Assembly: GCA_965242525.1 (NCBI GenBank)
Contig: OZ251459.1
Span: 3,136,001-3,200,000, forward strand
Direction: 5' to 3'
DNA length: 64,000 nt
Origin: an uncultured Candidatus Binatia bacterium
Lineage (GTDB): Bacteria; Desulfobacterota; Binatia; UBA9968; JAJDTQ01
Below are positions 17,414-27,343 of this stretch, in pieces. The position numbers were made by a program, and so were the translations under genes. Within the stretch, counting starts at the first letter, position 1, and each line of letters starts with the position of its first letter. The notes under the pieces are model-generated. The model saw only the letters and a list, made by a program, of their open reading frames with translations, was not told where the DNA came from and made no database searches.

Positions 17414-18460
17414 TCAGCGGAACAGGTCAGCGTGGATCTTCTTCCACTTGGCGAGCTCGCGGTGCACCATCTTGAGGGGCATGGTGTTGGCCCTGAAGCC
17501 GCCTTCCCTGGGCTTGAGGGTGGGCTCCAGCGCCGGCACGTCCGGGTGGGCCGGCAGGTAGTTGGCCTGTTGCAGCACCTTCTGGCCTTCCAGCGACAGC
17601 ATGAACTCGATCAGGAGCTTGCCCGCGTTGGGATGGGGCGCTCCCTCGATGACGCCGATGGCGGCGATGTTGCTGGTCACCGGCTCCATCTTGATCCAGT
17701 CCACCGGCGCGCCCTTGTTGCCGCTGATCACCGTGTGGTGGTTGAAGATCTGCAACGCGATGGGGTACTCGCCGGCAATGGCCTGGTCGAGCACCTTGCG
17801 CGCGCTGGCGCTGACCGGGATGATCTCCTGCTTGGCGAGCTTCCGCAGGTAGGCCATGCCCTTCTCTTCGCCCATGGTGATGAGGACGTTGCCGATGAAG
17901 CCGGCCGCGCCGGAGGTGGTGGATCTGGGGCTCCATGCCATCTTGCCCCGCCACTTGGGGTCGAGGAGGTCCTCGTAGGTCTTCGGCGCCTCGGCCCTGG
18001 AGACCAGGCTGGTGTTGTAGCCCGGGGTCAGGAAGTAGAGGTGGGTCGCCGACCAGTACCCTTCCGGGTCCCGGAACTCGGCCGGGTACATGGCCGAGTT
18101 CTTGGGCATCCACTTCTCCACGAGGTTGGCGTCCTTGAGGGCTTCCGCGTTGGAGGTCCCGTCGAACACGTCGCCCAGGATGCGGTTGGCCTTCCCCTCG
18201 CTGAGGATCTTGATGGCCGTGTCGGACGAGTTCGCCCGGGAGTAGCGCACCTTGATGCCGGGGTACTTCTTCTGGAACGCCGCAACGATGGGCCGCACCG
18301 CCTGCTTCACGATCAGCGTCGTGTACCAGACGAGCTCGCCTTCCTTCTTCGCCGCCTCGTAGAGCCTGGCGTCGGCGAACGCGGTGGTCGCCGCCATGGT
18401 CAGCACCAACCCGAGTGCAGCCGCACGCAGCAATGATCTCATGACGATTGCCTCCCTCAT
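17414..18460 (-). CDS. ABC extracellular solute-binding protein
   Basis: Signal peptide; AAKKEGELVWYT, DLLDPKWRGK, APHPNAGKL. Confidence 0.9.
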   Translation of the reverse strand: MREAIVMRSLLRAAALGLVLTMAATTAFADARLYEAAKKEGELVWYTTLIVKQAVRPIVAAFQKKYPGIKVRYSRANSSDTAIKILSEGKANRILGDVFDGTSNAEALKDANLVEKWMPKNSAMYPAEFRDPEGYWSATHLYFLTPGYNTSLVSRAEAPKTYEDLLDPKWRGKMAWSPRSTTSGAAGFIGNVLITMGEEKGMAYLRKLAKQEIIPVSASARKVLDQAIAGEYPIALQIFNHHTVISGNKGAPVDWIKMEPVTSNIAAIGVIEGAPHPNAGKLLIEFMLSLEGQKVLQQANYLPAHPDVPALEPTLKPREGGFRANTMPLKMVHRELAKWKKIHADLFR

Positions 18461-18547
18461 GGTGGTTTGCCCCTCCGGTCACGGGTGCCCGGGAACCCGG
18501 CCCCGAACCTGTCAGTACGCCGGTAGCCTCGAATTGTCAATCGGCAT

Positions 18548-18650
18548 CTCATCCTGAGCGCAGCGAAGCGGAGAACCCCATCCACCCTGAGCGTAGCGAA
18601 GCAAAAAAACCCGTTCGTCCTGAGCGTAGCGAAGCGAAGTCGAAGGACGG
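18548..18650 (+). repeat. Tandem array of 3 REP-like cores
   Basis: CCTGAGCGYAGCGAAGC x3; the last is complete to GTCGAAGGAC. Confidence 0.85.
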
Positions 18651-18651
18651 C

Positions 18652-19260
18652 CTACCCCCCGGAGCGGGGAGGCCGGCGCAGCTCGAACCGGGGCTCCTCC
18701 CCCACCCACAGACGGCGGATGTTCCCGGCATGGCGGACCCATACCAGGACGCCGATGACGAGGCTCAGCCAGACCACTTCCTCGGGATAGGAAAACAGCC
18801 ACGCCGCGGACGGCGCCGCCACCGCTGCGCTCAGGGAGGCCAGGGAGACCCGGCGGTCCGCGGCCATGACCAGAAGGAAGACCCCCACGAGGACCGGCGC
18901 CGCCAGGGGCATGGCGGCGAGATAGACGCCTGCCGCGGTGGCCACGCCCTTGCCGCCCCGGAACCGCAGGAACACGGGGTAGAGATGGCCCGCGAACGCG
19001 GCCAAGCCCGCGGAGGCGGCCGCGAGACCCCCAAGGTCGAGCAGGTGGGCCGCCAGCACCGGCAGGAAGCCCTTGGCCACGTCGGCAAGGAGGGTGACCA
19101 GGCCCTTCTTCCAGCCCAGCGTGCGCGCCACGTTGGTGGCCCCGATGTTGCCGCTGCCGGCGCTGCGGACGTCCACCCCCGCGGACGACCCCACCAGGAA
19201 ACCCGCGGGGACCGACCCCAGGAGGTAGGAGAGTATGGTCAGGACGACGGTCGCCATCAC
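18652..19260 (-). CDS. plsY: Glycerol-3-phosphate acyltransferase PlsY
   Basis: YLLGSVP, GSGNIGATN, FRGGKGVAT, HAGNIRRL. Confidence 0.95.
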   Translation of the reverse strand: MMATVVLTILSYLLGSVPAGFLVGSSAGVDVRSAGSGNIGATNVARTLGWKKGLVTLLADVAKGFLPVLAAHLLDLGGLAAASAGLAAFAGHLYPVFLRFRGGKGVATAAGVYLAAMPLAAPVLVGVFLLVMAADRRVSLASLSAAVAAPSAAWLFSYPEEVVWLSLVIGVLVWVRHAGNIRRLWVGEEPRFELRRPPRSGG

Positions 19261-19362
19261 GCTGCCGGACGGCCCCGGGAGGGCCGCAGCCGTTCCCCTT
19301 CCCAGGACAAAAAAAGGGAGGAAGCCAAGCGCGCTTCCTCCCCGTGCGGCAAGGACGTTGGC

Positions 19363-20460
19363 TCAGGCCGCGGGCTTCTCGTAAACGGACGGGTCCATCT
19401 TGGTCGTGGTGCCGGACTTGGCGAGGTCGTCCTCGAACATCTTGCGGATGTACGGCTCCTGGTCGTAGTACTCGATCTGGTTGCCGCCGGACTTCACGTC
19501 CTTGTCGACCTTGGAGACGTCCCCGAAGCCCTCGCCCATGCTGTGCTTGATGCCGCCGAAGCGAAGCGGCAGGTAGCGTGCGCCCGTGGCCCCGGTGTTG
19601 AAGTGCTGGTGGAACATCATCTCGGGGGGCACGAAGACGCTGCCGTCGTGCCAGTCGTAGCGCTTGGGCTCTTCGCCCTCCCGCCAGAACAGCGAGAAAC
19701 CCTGCCCCTTGATGATGATGACGTTGAAGCCCGGGCCGTGGCGGTGCGCCTTCTTGTAGGTCCCTATGGGGAACTCCGAGATATGCGCCGCCATGACGCC
19801 GTCGCACATCTCCAGGAAGACGTTCTTGCCGCCCGCGCCCCGCTCCTTCCATTCCTGGAGGTTGAAGGTCCGCGTGTCCGCGATGAAGTTGGTCTCCCAG
19901 ATGCGGCCCGGATGCTGGACGCCCTTGCTGGAGAAGTAGTCGGGCCGGCCGTCGAAGCGGTCCACGAAGTCGTAGGGGGCGTTGAAGATGAAGTCCTCGT
20001 TGTGGAAGAGGCTGAAGACGATGGGCATGTTGTTGACCGAGAAGAGCCGCGCCGGCTGGTCGCCCTGGCCGTTGAAGTGCTGGTGCCACACGTTCAGCGG
20101 GACCGACATGAGGCTCCCTTCCTGCCACTCGAAGGTCTGCTTGGCGCCCTTGTCGTTCCAGATGGTGGTGGCGCCCCGGCCCTGCACCACCAGGATCAAC
20201 TCCTCGTAGATGTGGCGCATGGGGTTCAGGCTCTTGCCCGCGGGGATCTCCACGACGTAGGCGCCGGTGGCCTCCCCCGCCCCTTCCATGTTGATGATGG
20301 TTCCGTCCCCGCCCATGCGGTCCCACCACTCGAGGGGCACTTCCTTCAGGTCCTTGATGAAGAAGGTATCGACGATGGGCACCCCTTCGCCCTTCTGCCA
20401 CTTGTAGAAGAAGGGGACGTTGTCCATGGTGTTCTCTGTCTGTACCGCGGGCTTGGCCAT
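19363..20460 (-). CDS. Bicupin protein (gentisate 1,2-dioxygenase-like)
   Basis: Two cupin motifs (RHIYEE...WHQHFN; KAHRHGPG...FHQHFN), GGAGGAG RBS. Confidence 0.8.
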   Translation of the reverse strand: MAKPAVQTENTMDNVPFFYKWQKGEGVPIVDTFFIKDLKEVPLEWWDRMGGDGTIINMEGAGEATGAYVVEIPAGKSLNPMRHIYEELILVVQGRGATTIWNDKGAKQTFEWQEGSLMSVPLNVWHQHFNGQGDQPARLFSVNNMPIVFSLFHNEDFIFNAPYDFVDRFDGRPDYFSSKGVQHPGRIWETNFIADTRTFNLQEWKERGAGGKNVFLEMCDGVMAAHISEFPIGTYKKAHRHGPGFNVIIIKGQGFSLFWREGEEPKRYDWHDGSVFVPPEMMFHQHFNTGATGARYLPLRFGGIKHSMGEGFGDVSKVDKDVKSGGNQIEYYDQEPYIRKMFEDDLAKSGTTTKMDPSVYEKPAA

Positions 20461-20590
20461 TGGCTCCTCCAAATCTTCTCGGTGTCTTCCTTCTCGGTTT
20501 CTTCCCGAAGAGTCCGGTTTGAAGAGCCACCTCTTACCTGACGCCTCGTGAAAATACAAGAAGCGGGCGCGCCTCAATCTCCCGCTTCTC

Positions 20591-20617
20591 CGTCATTCCC
20601 GCGAAAGCGGGAATCCA
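20591..20617. repeat. dRS3/REP-like palindrome
   Basis: CGTCATTCCCGCGAAAGCGGGAATCCA, a perfect inverted copy of 22469-22495. Confidence 0.85.
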
Positions 20618-20741
20618 GACAGATCGACCTCGCAGTTCAACGGAAACGCCGTCAACGATACTGTTGTCAGCATATCCGTTGACAACGTATCCGTTGAATG
20701 GTAGAGAGAGGCAAAAACACCCCGAACCGGGGAGGCATCCG

Positions 20742-22322
20742 ATGAACGAACCGCCTGAGCCGACGATCCGCAAGTTCAACCCGGGGACGTTCCAGTCCGA
20801 CGAAGAGGTAATCCGGCAGTTCGTGGTCAGGAAACACGAACTGGCCATCGTGCTGGAGACCCTTCGCGGAAACGTTGCCGCGCCGTCGTGTCAACACGTT
20901 CTGCTCATCGGTCCCCGCGGTCGTGGAAAGACCATGATGCTGGCTCGCGTAGCTGCGGAGATCCGAACCGATGAAGAACTCTCCGGGCAACTGTTGCCGG
21001 TCCGGTTCATGGAGGAAAGCCATGAGATATTCGATATGGGGGACTTCTGGTTGGAAGCGATCTTCTACCTGGCGCGGGAGGTCAACGACTCGCATCCCCG
21101 CATCTCCCGGGAACTGCGGGCCACACACGCCCACCTTGCCCGCCAAGGACACGGAGTCGATCTCGAGGAACGTGCCCGGGCCACTTTCCTGGAAACGGCG
21201 GATCGGCTTGACAGGCAACTCGTCCTCATGGTCGAGAACCTGCAAACCCTGTGTGGCAACGTGGACGACCACTTCGGTTGGAAGCTACGTGAAAACTTGC
21301 AGGCAGAACCCAAGGTCATGTTGCTCGCCACTGCCACCGGACGATTCGAGAGACTGGATGATGCGAGGGACCCGTTCTTCGAATTGTTCCGCATCGTATG
21401 TCTGGAGCGGCTGGACACCGAGGAATGTCAGAGACTGTGGCAAATGGCCAGCGGCGAGGAAAGAAACAAACGGCAGATCAAGGCCCTGGAGATCCTGACC
21501 GGCGGCGCCCCCCGACTCCTGGTCATCGTGGCCGAGTTCTCCCGCCGTCGATCCTTGCGCGACTTGATGGGAGAGACGGTAGCGTTGATCGACGAACACA
21601 CCGAGTACTTTCGCTCCCACTTGGAGGGGTTCGCAAAGACCGAGCGCCGCGTCTATCTTGCAGTGATCGACCTATGGCAACCGTCGTACGCCGGCGAGGT
21701 CGCAGACCGCGCCCGGATGGACATCAGAACCGTATCAGCCCTGCTCGGGCGACTTGCCGACCGCGGCGTGCTCTCGGTCGAAAGAGCCGGCAGAAAACGA
21801 CAGTACTCTGCCGCACAACGTCTCTACAGCATCTACTACAAGCTGCGGCGCGAACGCGACGAGGCGGTCGTGGTGCGGAACCTGATCCACTTCATGGCGG
21901 CGTTCTACACGGACGAAGAACTGGCGGAGATGCCAGGCAAGCTGAGATCGGAGGCAGTAGAATATCCATTCGTCCGCGAGGCAGATGCGGGATGGTTGAG
22001 GACGAAGGCCCTGATCGTTCGAGGAGACATCTCGGCTGCCGCGGCCGCATTCCGATCCGCGTATGCCGCGTTCGTTTCGGACGACGAAACGAACCTGTGT
22101 ATGATGATCGAGGTCGTGCTCGACTTGATCGCGGTCGGAGTTTCGGAGCGCGACCTCGTCGAGATTCTGTCGAGCGACCGGGAAAAATCCGCCAAGCTGG
22201 CGCCGCTCGTCGTCGCCTTGCGCCAAGTCATGGGTGAGGAGGTTCGTGCGCCGGTCGAAGTGTTGGAGGTCGCCGCGGACATCATCCAACGCATCGAGGC
22301 CACAGTTGAAGAAGGATCGTAA
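20742..22322 (+). CDS. AAA+/STAND-like ATPase with winged HTH
   Basis: Walker A GPRGRGKT, Walker-B-like LVLMVENL, TGGAPR, wHTH (AGEVADRARMD...LGRLADRG), GGAGG RBS. Confidence 0.8.
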   Translation: MNEPPEPTIRKFNPGTFQSDEEVIRQFVVRKHELAIVLETLRGNVAAPSCQHVLLIGPRGRGKTMMLARVAAEIRTDEELSGQLLPVRFMEESHEIFDMGDFWLEAIFYLAREVNDSHPRISRELRATHAHLARQGHGVDLEERARATFLETADRLDRQLVLMVENLQTLCGNVDDHFGWKLRENLQAEPKVMLLATATGRFERLDDARDPFFELFRIVCLERLDTEECQRLWQMASGEERNKRQIKALEILTGGAPRLLVIVAEFSRRRSLRDLMGETVALIDEHTEYFRSHLEGFAKTERRVYLAVIDLWQPSYAGEVADRARMDIRTVSALLGRLADRGVLSVERAGRKRQYSAAQRLYSIYYKLRRERDEAVVVRNLIHFMAAFYTDEELAEMPGKLRSEAVEYPFVREADAGWLRTKALIVRGDISAAAAAFRSAYAAFVSDDETNLCMMIEVVLDLIAVGVSERDLVEILSSDREKSAKLAPLVVALRQVMGEEVRAPVEVLEVAADIIQRIEATVEEGS

Positions 22323-22463
22323 GGAACCCCTGAACAATCGAGACATCCAGGATGGATTCCCGATTCCCTCATCCTGACGCCCCTATCCCCGTTCGTCCTG
22401 AGCGTAGCGAAGCGAAGTCGAAGGACGCGCTCACGCCCCCTGTCCGGATTGTTCAGAGGTTCC
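22323..22463. mobile_element. MITE-like element
   Basis: GGAACCCCTGAACAATC...GATTGTTCAGAGGTTCC. Exact duplication GTAA (22319-22322, 22464-22467) includes the ATPase stop codon. Confidence 0.88.
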
Positions 22464-22468
22464 GTAAG

Positions 22469-22544
22469 TGGATTCCCGCTTTCGCGGGAATGACGAGGTG
22501 GGGTTCCGCTGGAATGACGGAATGAGCGTCCGCGGGAATGACGC
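22469..22544. repeat. dRS3-like palindrome plus degenerate GGAATGAC half-sites
   Basis: One full copy followed by three more GGAATGA units. Confidence 0.75.
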
Positions 22545-22622
22545 CCTGTCTATGTCTCTTCCATTCACGATCGACCGGACTCTTGCCCTGCGGACAGGCT
22601 CAAGGCGCTTCCCTGACCCGGT

Positions 22623-22651
22623 TTGACACACCCGACCCGGCTCCCTATAGT
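22623..22651 (+). promoter_or_regulatory. Near-consensus sigma70 promoter
   Basis: TTGACA-17 nt-TATAGT upstream of the M24 peptidase operon. Confidence 0.7.
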
Positions 22652-22688
22652 CCGTTCCCATCCCTTCCTCTTGCAGGAGTCTTCCGAC

Positions 22689-23876
22689 ATGTGGATCAAC
22701 GAGCCGCGGGCGCAGCGCGTCCTGGCGGAGCGGGGCCTCGACGGGCTGTTCGCCGCCAGCAACGTTCCCAACGTCTTCTACCTGAGCGGGGTGTGGCGCC
22801 GCCAGGACATTGCGGCCATCGTTCGGGCGGACGCGGTGACTGCGCCGTGGGTGGTGGTCCCCCGGTCCGAGGTGGACTACCTGGTGGACGCGGTCCCGCC
22901 CGCGGGGGTGGTCACCTACGGGACCTTCTACCGCGTGATCGACCAGGAGACGCCGCTCACCGGGCGGGAACGGCGCATCCGGGAGCTGGGCGTGGACCTG
23001 GAGCCGGTGCGGGACTTCTTCGAGGGCATCGCGCGGGCGCTGGAGAACGCCGGCCTCGAGCGAAGCCGTCTCGGTTACGACGAGAGGGGGCTGGACCCGG
23101 CCTTGGCGGAGCGGCTCCGGGAGCGGTTCCCGCACCTGGAGCTCGTGCCCGGGGCGGCGGTCTTCCGGGAGGTCCGCATGGTCAAGAGCGCCGCCGAGAT
23201 CCAACGCATGACCGAGGCGGTGCGGGTCACCGAGGACTCCATCTACGAGGCCGCCCACCAGGCGCGGGAGGGCATGGCGGAGGCGGAGATGTGCCTCGCC
23301 TTCGACCTGGGGCAAGTGAAGCGCGGCGCGGAACCGAACATGAACCACGTGGGCTTCGGCAGGAGCGCGGCCCTGGGAATGACCAACGTGCCCGATGACC
23401 GGCTCCGCAAGGGAGACATGATCCGCTTCGACGTGGGGTGCCTTTACAAAGGCTACCTGACGGACATGTCCCGCACCTTCTCCTTCGGCGAGCCGGACGG
23501 GAAGTTCACCGCCTATTACGAGGCCGTACTCAAGGGACAGGACCGGGCCTTGGAACTGGTCAGGCCCGGCAGCGTCGCAGCCGAGATCTTCGACGAGACC
23601 CTGGAGGCGGTGCGGGCCGCGGGCATACCCCACTACGGGCGCCAGCACGTGGGCCACGGCATCGGCCTGGGGCTCGGGGGCTACGACCGGCCGACCCTCT
23701 CGCCGGGGGATCGGACGCCCCTCGAAGCCGACATGGTGCTGTGCGTCGAGACTCCCTACTACGAACTCGGCTGGGGCAGCGTGCAGGTGGAGGACATGAT
23801 CGTCGTCACCGGGGACGGCTACCGGCGTCTCACCTCCGTGCCCCGGGACCTCCAGGTCCTCGAACCCCGGGCATGA
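22689..23876 (+). CDS. Xaa-Pro peptidase family (M24) protein
   Basis: RMVKS, FDVG...YLTDMSRT, HVGHGIG, VETPYY, VEDMIVVT. Confidence 0.9.
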   Translation: MWINEPRAQRVLAERGLDGLFAASNVPNVFYLSGVWRRQDIAAIVRADAVTAPWVVVPRSEVDYLVDAVPPAGVVTYGTFYRVIDQETPLTGRERRIRELGVDLEPVRDFFEGIARALENAGLERSRLGYDERGLDPALAERLRERFPHLELVPGAAVFREVRMVKSAAEIQRMTEAVRVTEDSIYEAAHQAREGMAEAEMCLAFDLGQVKRGAEPNMNHVGFGRSAALGMTNVPDDRLRKGDMIRFDVGCLYKGYLTDMSRTFSFGEPDGKFTAYYEAVLKGQDRALELVRPGSVAAEIFDETLEAVRAAGIPHYGRQHVGHGIGLGLGGYDRPTLSPGDRTPLEADMVLCVETPYYELGWGSVQVEDMIVVTGDGYRRLTSVPRDLQVLEPRA

Positions 23877-25141
23877 GCCACCTCACCGGCCTGGCCTGCA
23901 TACGCTGCGGCGCGTCCTTCGGCGTCGAGCCCCGCTTCGACGGGTGCCCCGCGTGCAGGCGCACGGCGCCCTCCAACCTCACGCCCCGATACGATTTCGA
24001 CGCCGTCGCCCGGAACTTCCCGGTCGAGTCCCTGCGCCATCGCCCCGCGGATCTGTGGCGCTACCGCGAACTGCTGCCCGTGGACCCCGCGGACGCGGCG
24101 ACCCTGGGCGAAGGCATGACGCCGCTGCTGCACTGCGAGCGCTACGGACGCCGGATCGGGCTGGCCCGGCTCTTCCTCAAGGACGAGTCACGGAACCCGT
24201 CGGGCTCCTTCAAGGACCGGCTGGCGGTCACCGCTCTGGCCATGGCCCGCCGGTTTGGGGCCAGGGCGGTGGGGGTCAGCTCCACCGGCAACGCCGGGGC
24301 CGCGGCCGCAGCCTATGCCGCCCGCATGGGGCTTCCCTGCATCGTCCTCACGGTCAGGGGCGCGTCCTCCGCCCTCGTGACCCAGATCCGGGCCTACGGC
24401 GCCATGGTGGTGGCCGCGGAGACCAAGGCCCAACGCTGGAAGCTGTTGCAGACCGGGGTGGCCGAGTGGGGATGGTACCCGACCTCGCCCTACTTCGGCC
24501 CGCCGATAGGGAGCAACCCCTACGGGGTGGACGGCTACAAGACCCTTGCCTACGAGGTCTGCGAGCAGATGGACTGGGACCCGCCCGACTGGTGCGTGCT
24601 GCCGGTGGCCTACGGCGACGCGCTGTTCGGCATGTACAAGGGCTTCGGCGAGCTCGCCCGGCTGGGTTGGATCCGGAAGCGGCCGCGCATGGCGGCCGCG
24701 GAGATGGCCGGCAGCCTGACCGCGGCCCTGGCGTCCGGGCGGGACGCCCTGCCGGAGATCCCCGCCCCGACGCCCTACGTGGCCGGCTCCATCAGCGTGA
24801 ACCAGGGAACCTACCAGGCGCTGCACGCCCTCCGGGGCTCCCGCGGAACCGCGCGGGTGGTGGAGAACGGGGCGCTGCTGGACCTGCAGCGGGACTTGGC
24901 GGCCGACGAAGGCATCTACGCGGAACCGTCCTCGCTGGCCGCCCTTGCCGCGGTGGGCCGGTTGTGCGAGGAAGGGGAGATCGGCGCGGGCGACACGGTG
25001 GTGGTGGTCAACACCGCCACCGGCCTCAAGGACCCGGACGCCGCGGCCGCCCGCGCCCCGGAGATCCCCACGGTCGGCGACGACGCCAACGAGTTCCTGG
25101 GAACCTTGAAGGACGTGTACGGCTATCGTGCGGACGGGTAG
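23873..25141 (+). CDS. Threonine synthase-like PLP-dependent enzyme
   Basis: CxxC...CxxC N-terminus, NPSGSFKDR, SSTGN; ATGA overlap. Confidence 0.88.
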   Translation: MSHLTGLACIRCGASFGVEPRFDGCPACRRTAPSNLTPRYDFDAVARNFPVESLRHRPADLWRYRELLPVDPADAATLGEGMTPLLHCERYGRRIGLARLFLKDESRNPSGSFKDRLAVTALAMARRFGARAVGVSSTGNAGAAAAAYAARMGLPCIVLTVRGASSALVTQIRAYGAMVVAAETKAQRWKLLQTGVAEWGWYPTSPYFGPPIGSNPYGVDGYKTLAYEVCEQMDWDPPDWCVLPVAYGDALFGMYKGFGELARLGWIRKRPRMAAAEMAGSLTAALASGRDALPEIPAPTPYVAGSISVNQGTYQALHALRGSRGTARVVENGALLDLQRDLAADEGIYAEPSSLAALAAVGRLCEEGEIGAGDTVVVVNTATGLKDPDAAAARAPEIPTVGDDANEFLGTLKDVYGYRADG

Positions 25142-25203
25142 GGAGTCGGCAAGGAGCCGAAGACGGGAGACGCCTCATCCTCCGCCGCCGTCCGCAGGAA
25201 CCC

Positions 25204-26208
25204 ATGAAGTTCAGCATACAGCTCCCCACCTGCACAGAGGGCCTGGTCAACCCGGTCCCCTTCATCGCGCCCGACGAGTTCGTCCGGCTGGCGCAGGAGG
25301 CCGAACGGCTCGGTTACGACGCGGTTTGGGGCAACGACCACGTGACGCCCGCCCCCTACGCGAGGAAGAAGTGGGCGCACCCGCCCAACTTCTACGAGGC
25401 GCTGGTCACCCTCGCGGTGGTGGGCGCGCACACCACGCGCATCCGCCTGGGCACCGCGGTGCTGATCCTGCCCCTGCGGGACCCGGTGCTGCTGGCCAAA
25501 CAGGTAAGCACCCTCGACCGCTTCACCCGCGGGCGGGTGGTCCTCGGGGTCGGCATCGGGGCCTACCGGGAAGAGTTCGAGGCCCAGTGGCCGAGACGGA
25601 GGCGGGAGCGCCGGGGCGAGTTGCTGGACGAGGGCTTGGCGGCGCTGCGCTGCCTCTTCCAGGAGGAGACGGCTTCCTACGAGGGCCGGCACGTGGCGTT
25701 TGAGGAGGTCGCCCTGGCGCCCAAGCCGGTGCAGGACCCGCTGCCCCTCTTCGTGGGCGGCCACAACGAGGCGGCCGTCCGGCGCGCCGCCAGGCTGGGC
25801 CAGGGGTGGCTTCCGGGCTGGCGGCCCTTCGAGGAGATCGCGGCGCGGGCGGCGCTGCTGCGTCGGCTGACGGAGGAAGCGGGAAGGGACCCCGGGGAAG
25901 TGGAGGCATGCTCCCAGTTCACACTGTGCATCGGCAAGACCGTGGAAGCGGCGCGGGCGCGCTACCGCAGGACCGGCATGGTCCAGCACCGGGTCTCCCT
26001 GGCGCACACGGGCCGGGACCCGGCGTTGGCGGAGACCCACAACCTCATCGGCAGCCCGGCCAGCATCCTGGAGCAGGTGGCGTTCCTGGACAGGGCCGGC
26101 ATCCGCCACGTGTGCGCGCTCCAGTTCCCCTCGGACACCGGCGCCGAGATGCTGGAGCAGATGCAATGGCTGGCGGAAGATGTCATGGGGCCGTTCCACC
26201 GTAGCTGA
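25204..26208 (+). CDS. LLM-class flavin/F420-dependent oxidoreductase
   Basis: AERLGYDAVWGNDH, IRLGTAVL-x-LPLRDPVLLAKQ, PKPVQ. Confidence 0.9.
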   Translation: MKFSIQLPTCTEGLVNPVPFIAPDEFVRLAQEAERLGYDAVWGNDHVTPAPYARKKWAHPPNFYEALVTLAVVGAHTTRIRLGTAVLILPLRDPVLLAKQVSTLDRFTRGRVVLGVGIGAYREEFEAQWPRRRRERRGELLDEGLAALRCLFQEETASYEGRHVAFEEVALAPKPVQDPLPLFVGGHNEAAVRRAARLGQGWLPGWRPFEEIAARAALLRRLTEEAGRDPGEVEACSQFTLCIGKTVEAARARYRRTGMVQHRVSLAHTGRDPALAETHNLIGSPASILEQVAFLDRAGIRHVCALQFPSDTGAEMLEQMQWLAEDVMGPFHRS

Positions 26209-26255
26209 ACCGGAGCGGCCGTTTGGCCGCGGCGCCGCATCGGAGACCCGGTAAA

Positions 26256-26323
26256 GGAAACCTCGAACAACCATCCCGTTCATCCTGAGCGTAGCGAAGC
26301 GAAGTCGAAGGATGCGCTTTCCC
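26256..26323 (+). repeat. Truncated MITE (left TIR + core)
   Basis: GGAAACCTCGAACAA followed by the core; no right TIR. Confidence 0.7.
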
Positions 26324-26371
26324 AAGGAGAAACTGCAAAGGGGCGCCCGGCAAGGCCCCTGGGGAGGAACC

Positions 26372-27157
26372 ATGAAGCTGGAAGGTCAGGTTGCCGTGAT
26401 CGTTGGCGGCGCCCGTGGAATCGGCGAGGCCATCGCCTGCACGTTCGCCCGTGAGGGCGCCAGAGTCGCCCTGGTGGACCTGGAAAAGGCCAAGCCGCAA
26501 CTCGACGAGGTGGTCCGGGGCGTCGCACGGCAGGGCGGCGATGCGGTGGCCATGACGGCCGACGCCGCGGACGAGTCCCATGTGAACCGGATGGTGGACC
26601 ACGTGTTGGGCCGGTGGGGAAGGCTGGACGTGCTGGTGAACAGCGTGGGCTTCCGCGGCCCCATGGTCCCGGTGCACGAGATCACCGAGGCCGAATGGGA
26701 CGCGGTCCTCGACGTCAACCTGAAGGCCGTGTTCTTCTGCTGCAAGGCCGCGCTGAAACCCATGATGCAACGGAAACGCGGCAGCATCGTGAGCATCTCC
26801 GGCACCGCGGGACGGGAGGGCATGGCGCTGCGGGGGTCCCTGTGCGCCGCCAAGTGGGGTCTCCTGGGGCTGACCCGGACCATCGCCAAGGAGGCTGGCC
26901 CCTTCGGTGTGCGGGCCAACGTCATCTGCCCGGGCGGCATGGACGAAGCGGACCTCCGGGAGATGTACCGGGACCGGGCCAAGGGGCTGGGGGTGTCGTT
27001 CGAGGAACTGGAGAAGAGCGTCCTGCAGCAGACCCCGCTGCGGAAGTACGCCCAACACGAGGAAGTGGCCAATGCGGCCCTGTTCCTCGCCTCCGACGAC
27101 TCGTCCCACACCACCGGCGAGGCGTTGAACGTGTCCGGCGGCCGGTTGATGCACTGA
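26372..27157 (+). CDS. SDR family oxidoreductase
   Basis: GGARGIG, DVLVN, RANVICPG. The catalytic YxxxK appears as LCAAK. Confidence 0.88.
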   Translation: MKLEGQVAVIVGGARGIGEAIACTFAREGARVALVDLEKAKPQLDEVVRGVARQGGDAVAMTADAADESHVNRMVDHVLGRWGRLDVLVNSVGFRGPMVPVHEITEAEWDAVLDVNLKAVFFCCKAALKPMMQRKRGSIVSISGTAGREGMALRGSLCAAKWGLLGLTRTIAKEAGPFGVRANVICPGGMDEADLREMYRDRAKGLGVSFEELEKSVLQQTPLRKYAQHEEVANAALFLASDDSSHTTGEALNVSGGRLMH

Positions 27158-27185
27158 ACGGTTTTGCTCCGGGAATGAGCGTTCC

Positions 27186-27343
27186 CCGTTCATCCCGATC
27201 GTAGTGAAGCGGAGTCCCTCCGTTCGTCCCGAGCGTAGCAGAGCGAAGCCCCCCGTTCATCCTGAGCGTAGCGGAGCGAAGTCGAAGGACGCGCTCTTCC
27301 TCCGGAATCGTTCAGAGGGTCCCTATGATCGTTCAGGGGTTCC
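27186..27343. repeat. Three REP-like cores followed by two tandem right TIRs
   Basis: ATCGTTCAGAGGGTCC, then TGATCGTTCAGGGGTTCC. Confidence 0.8.
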
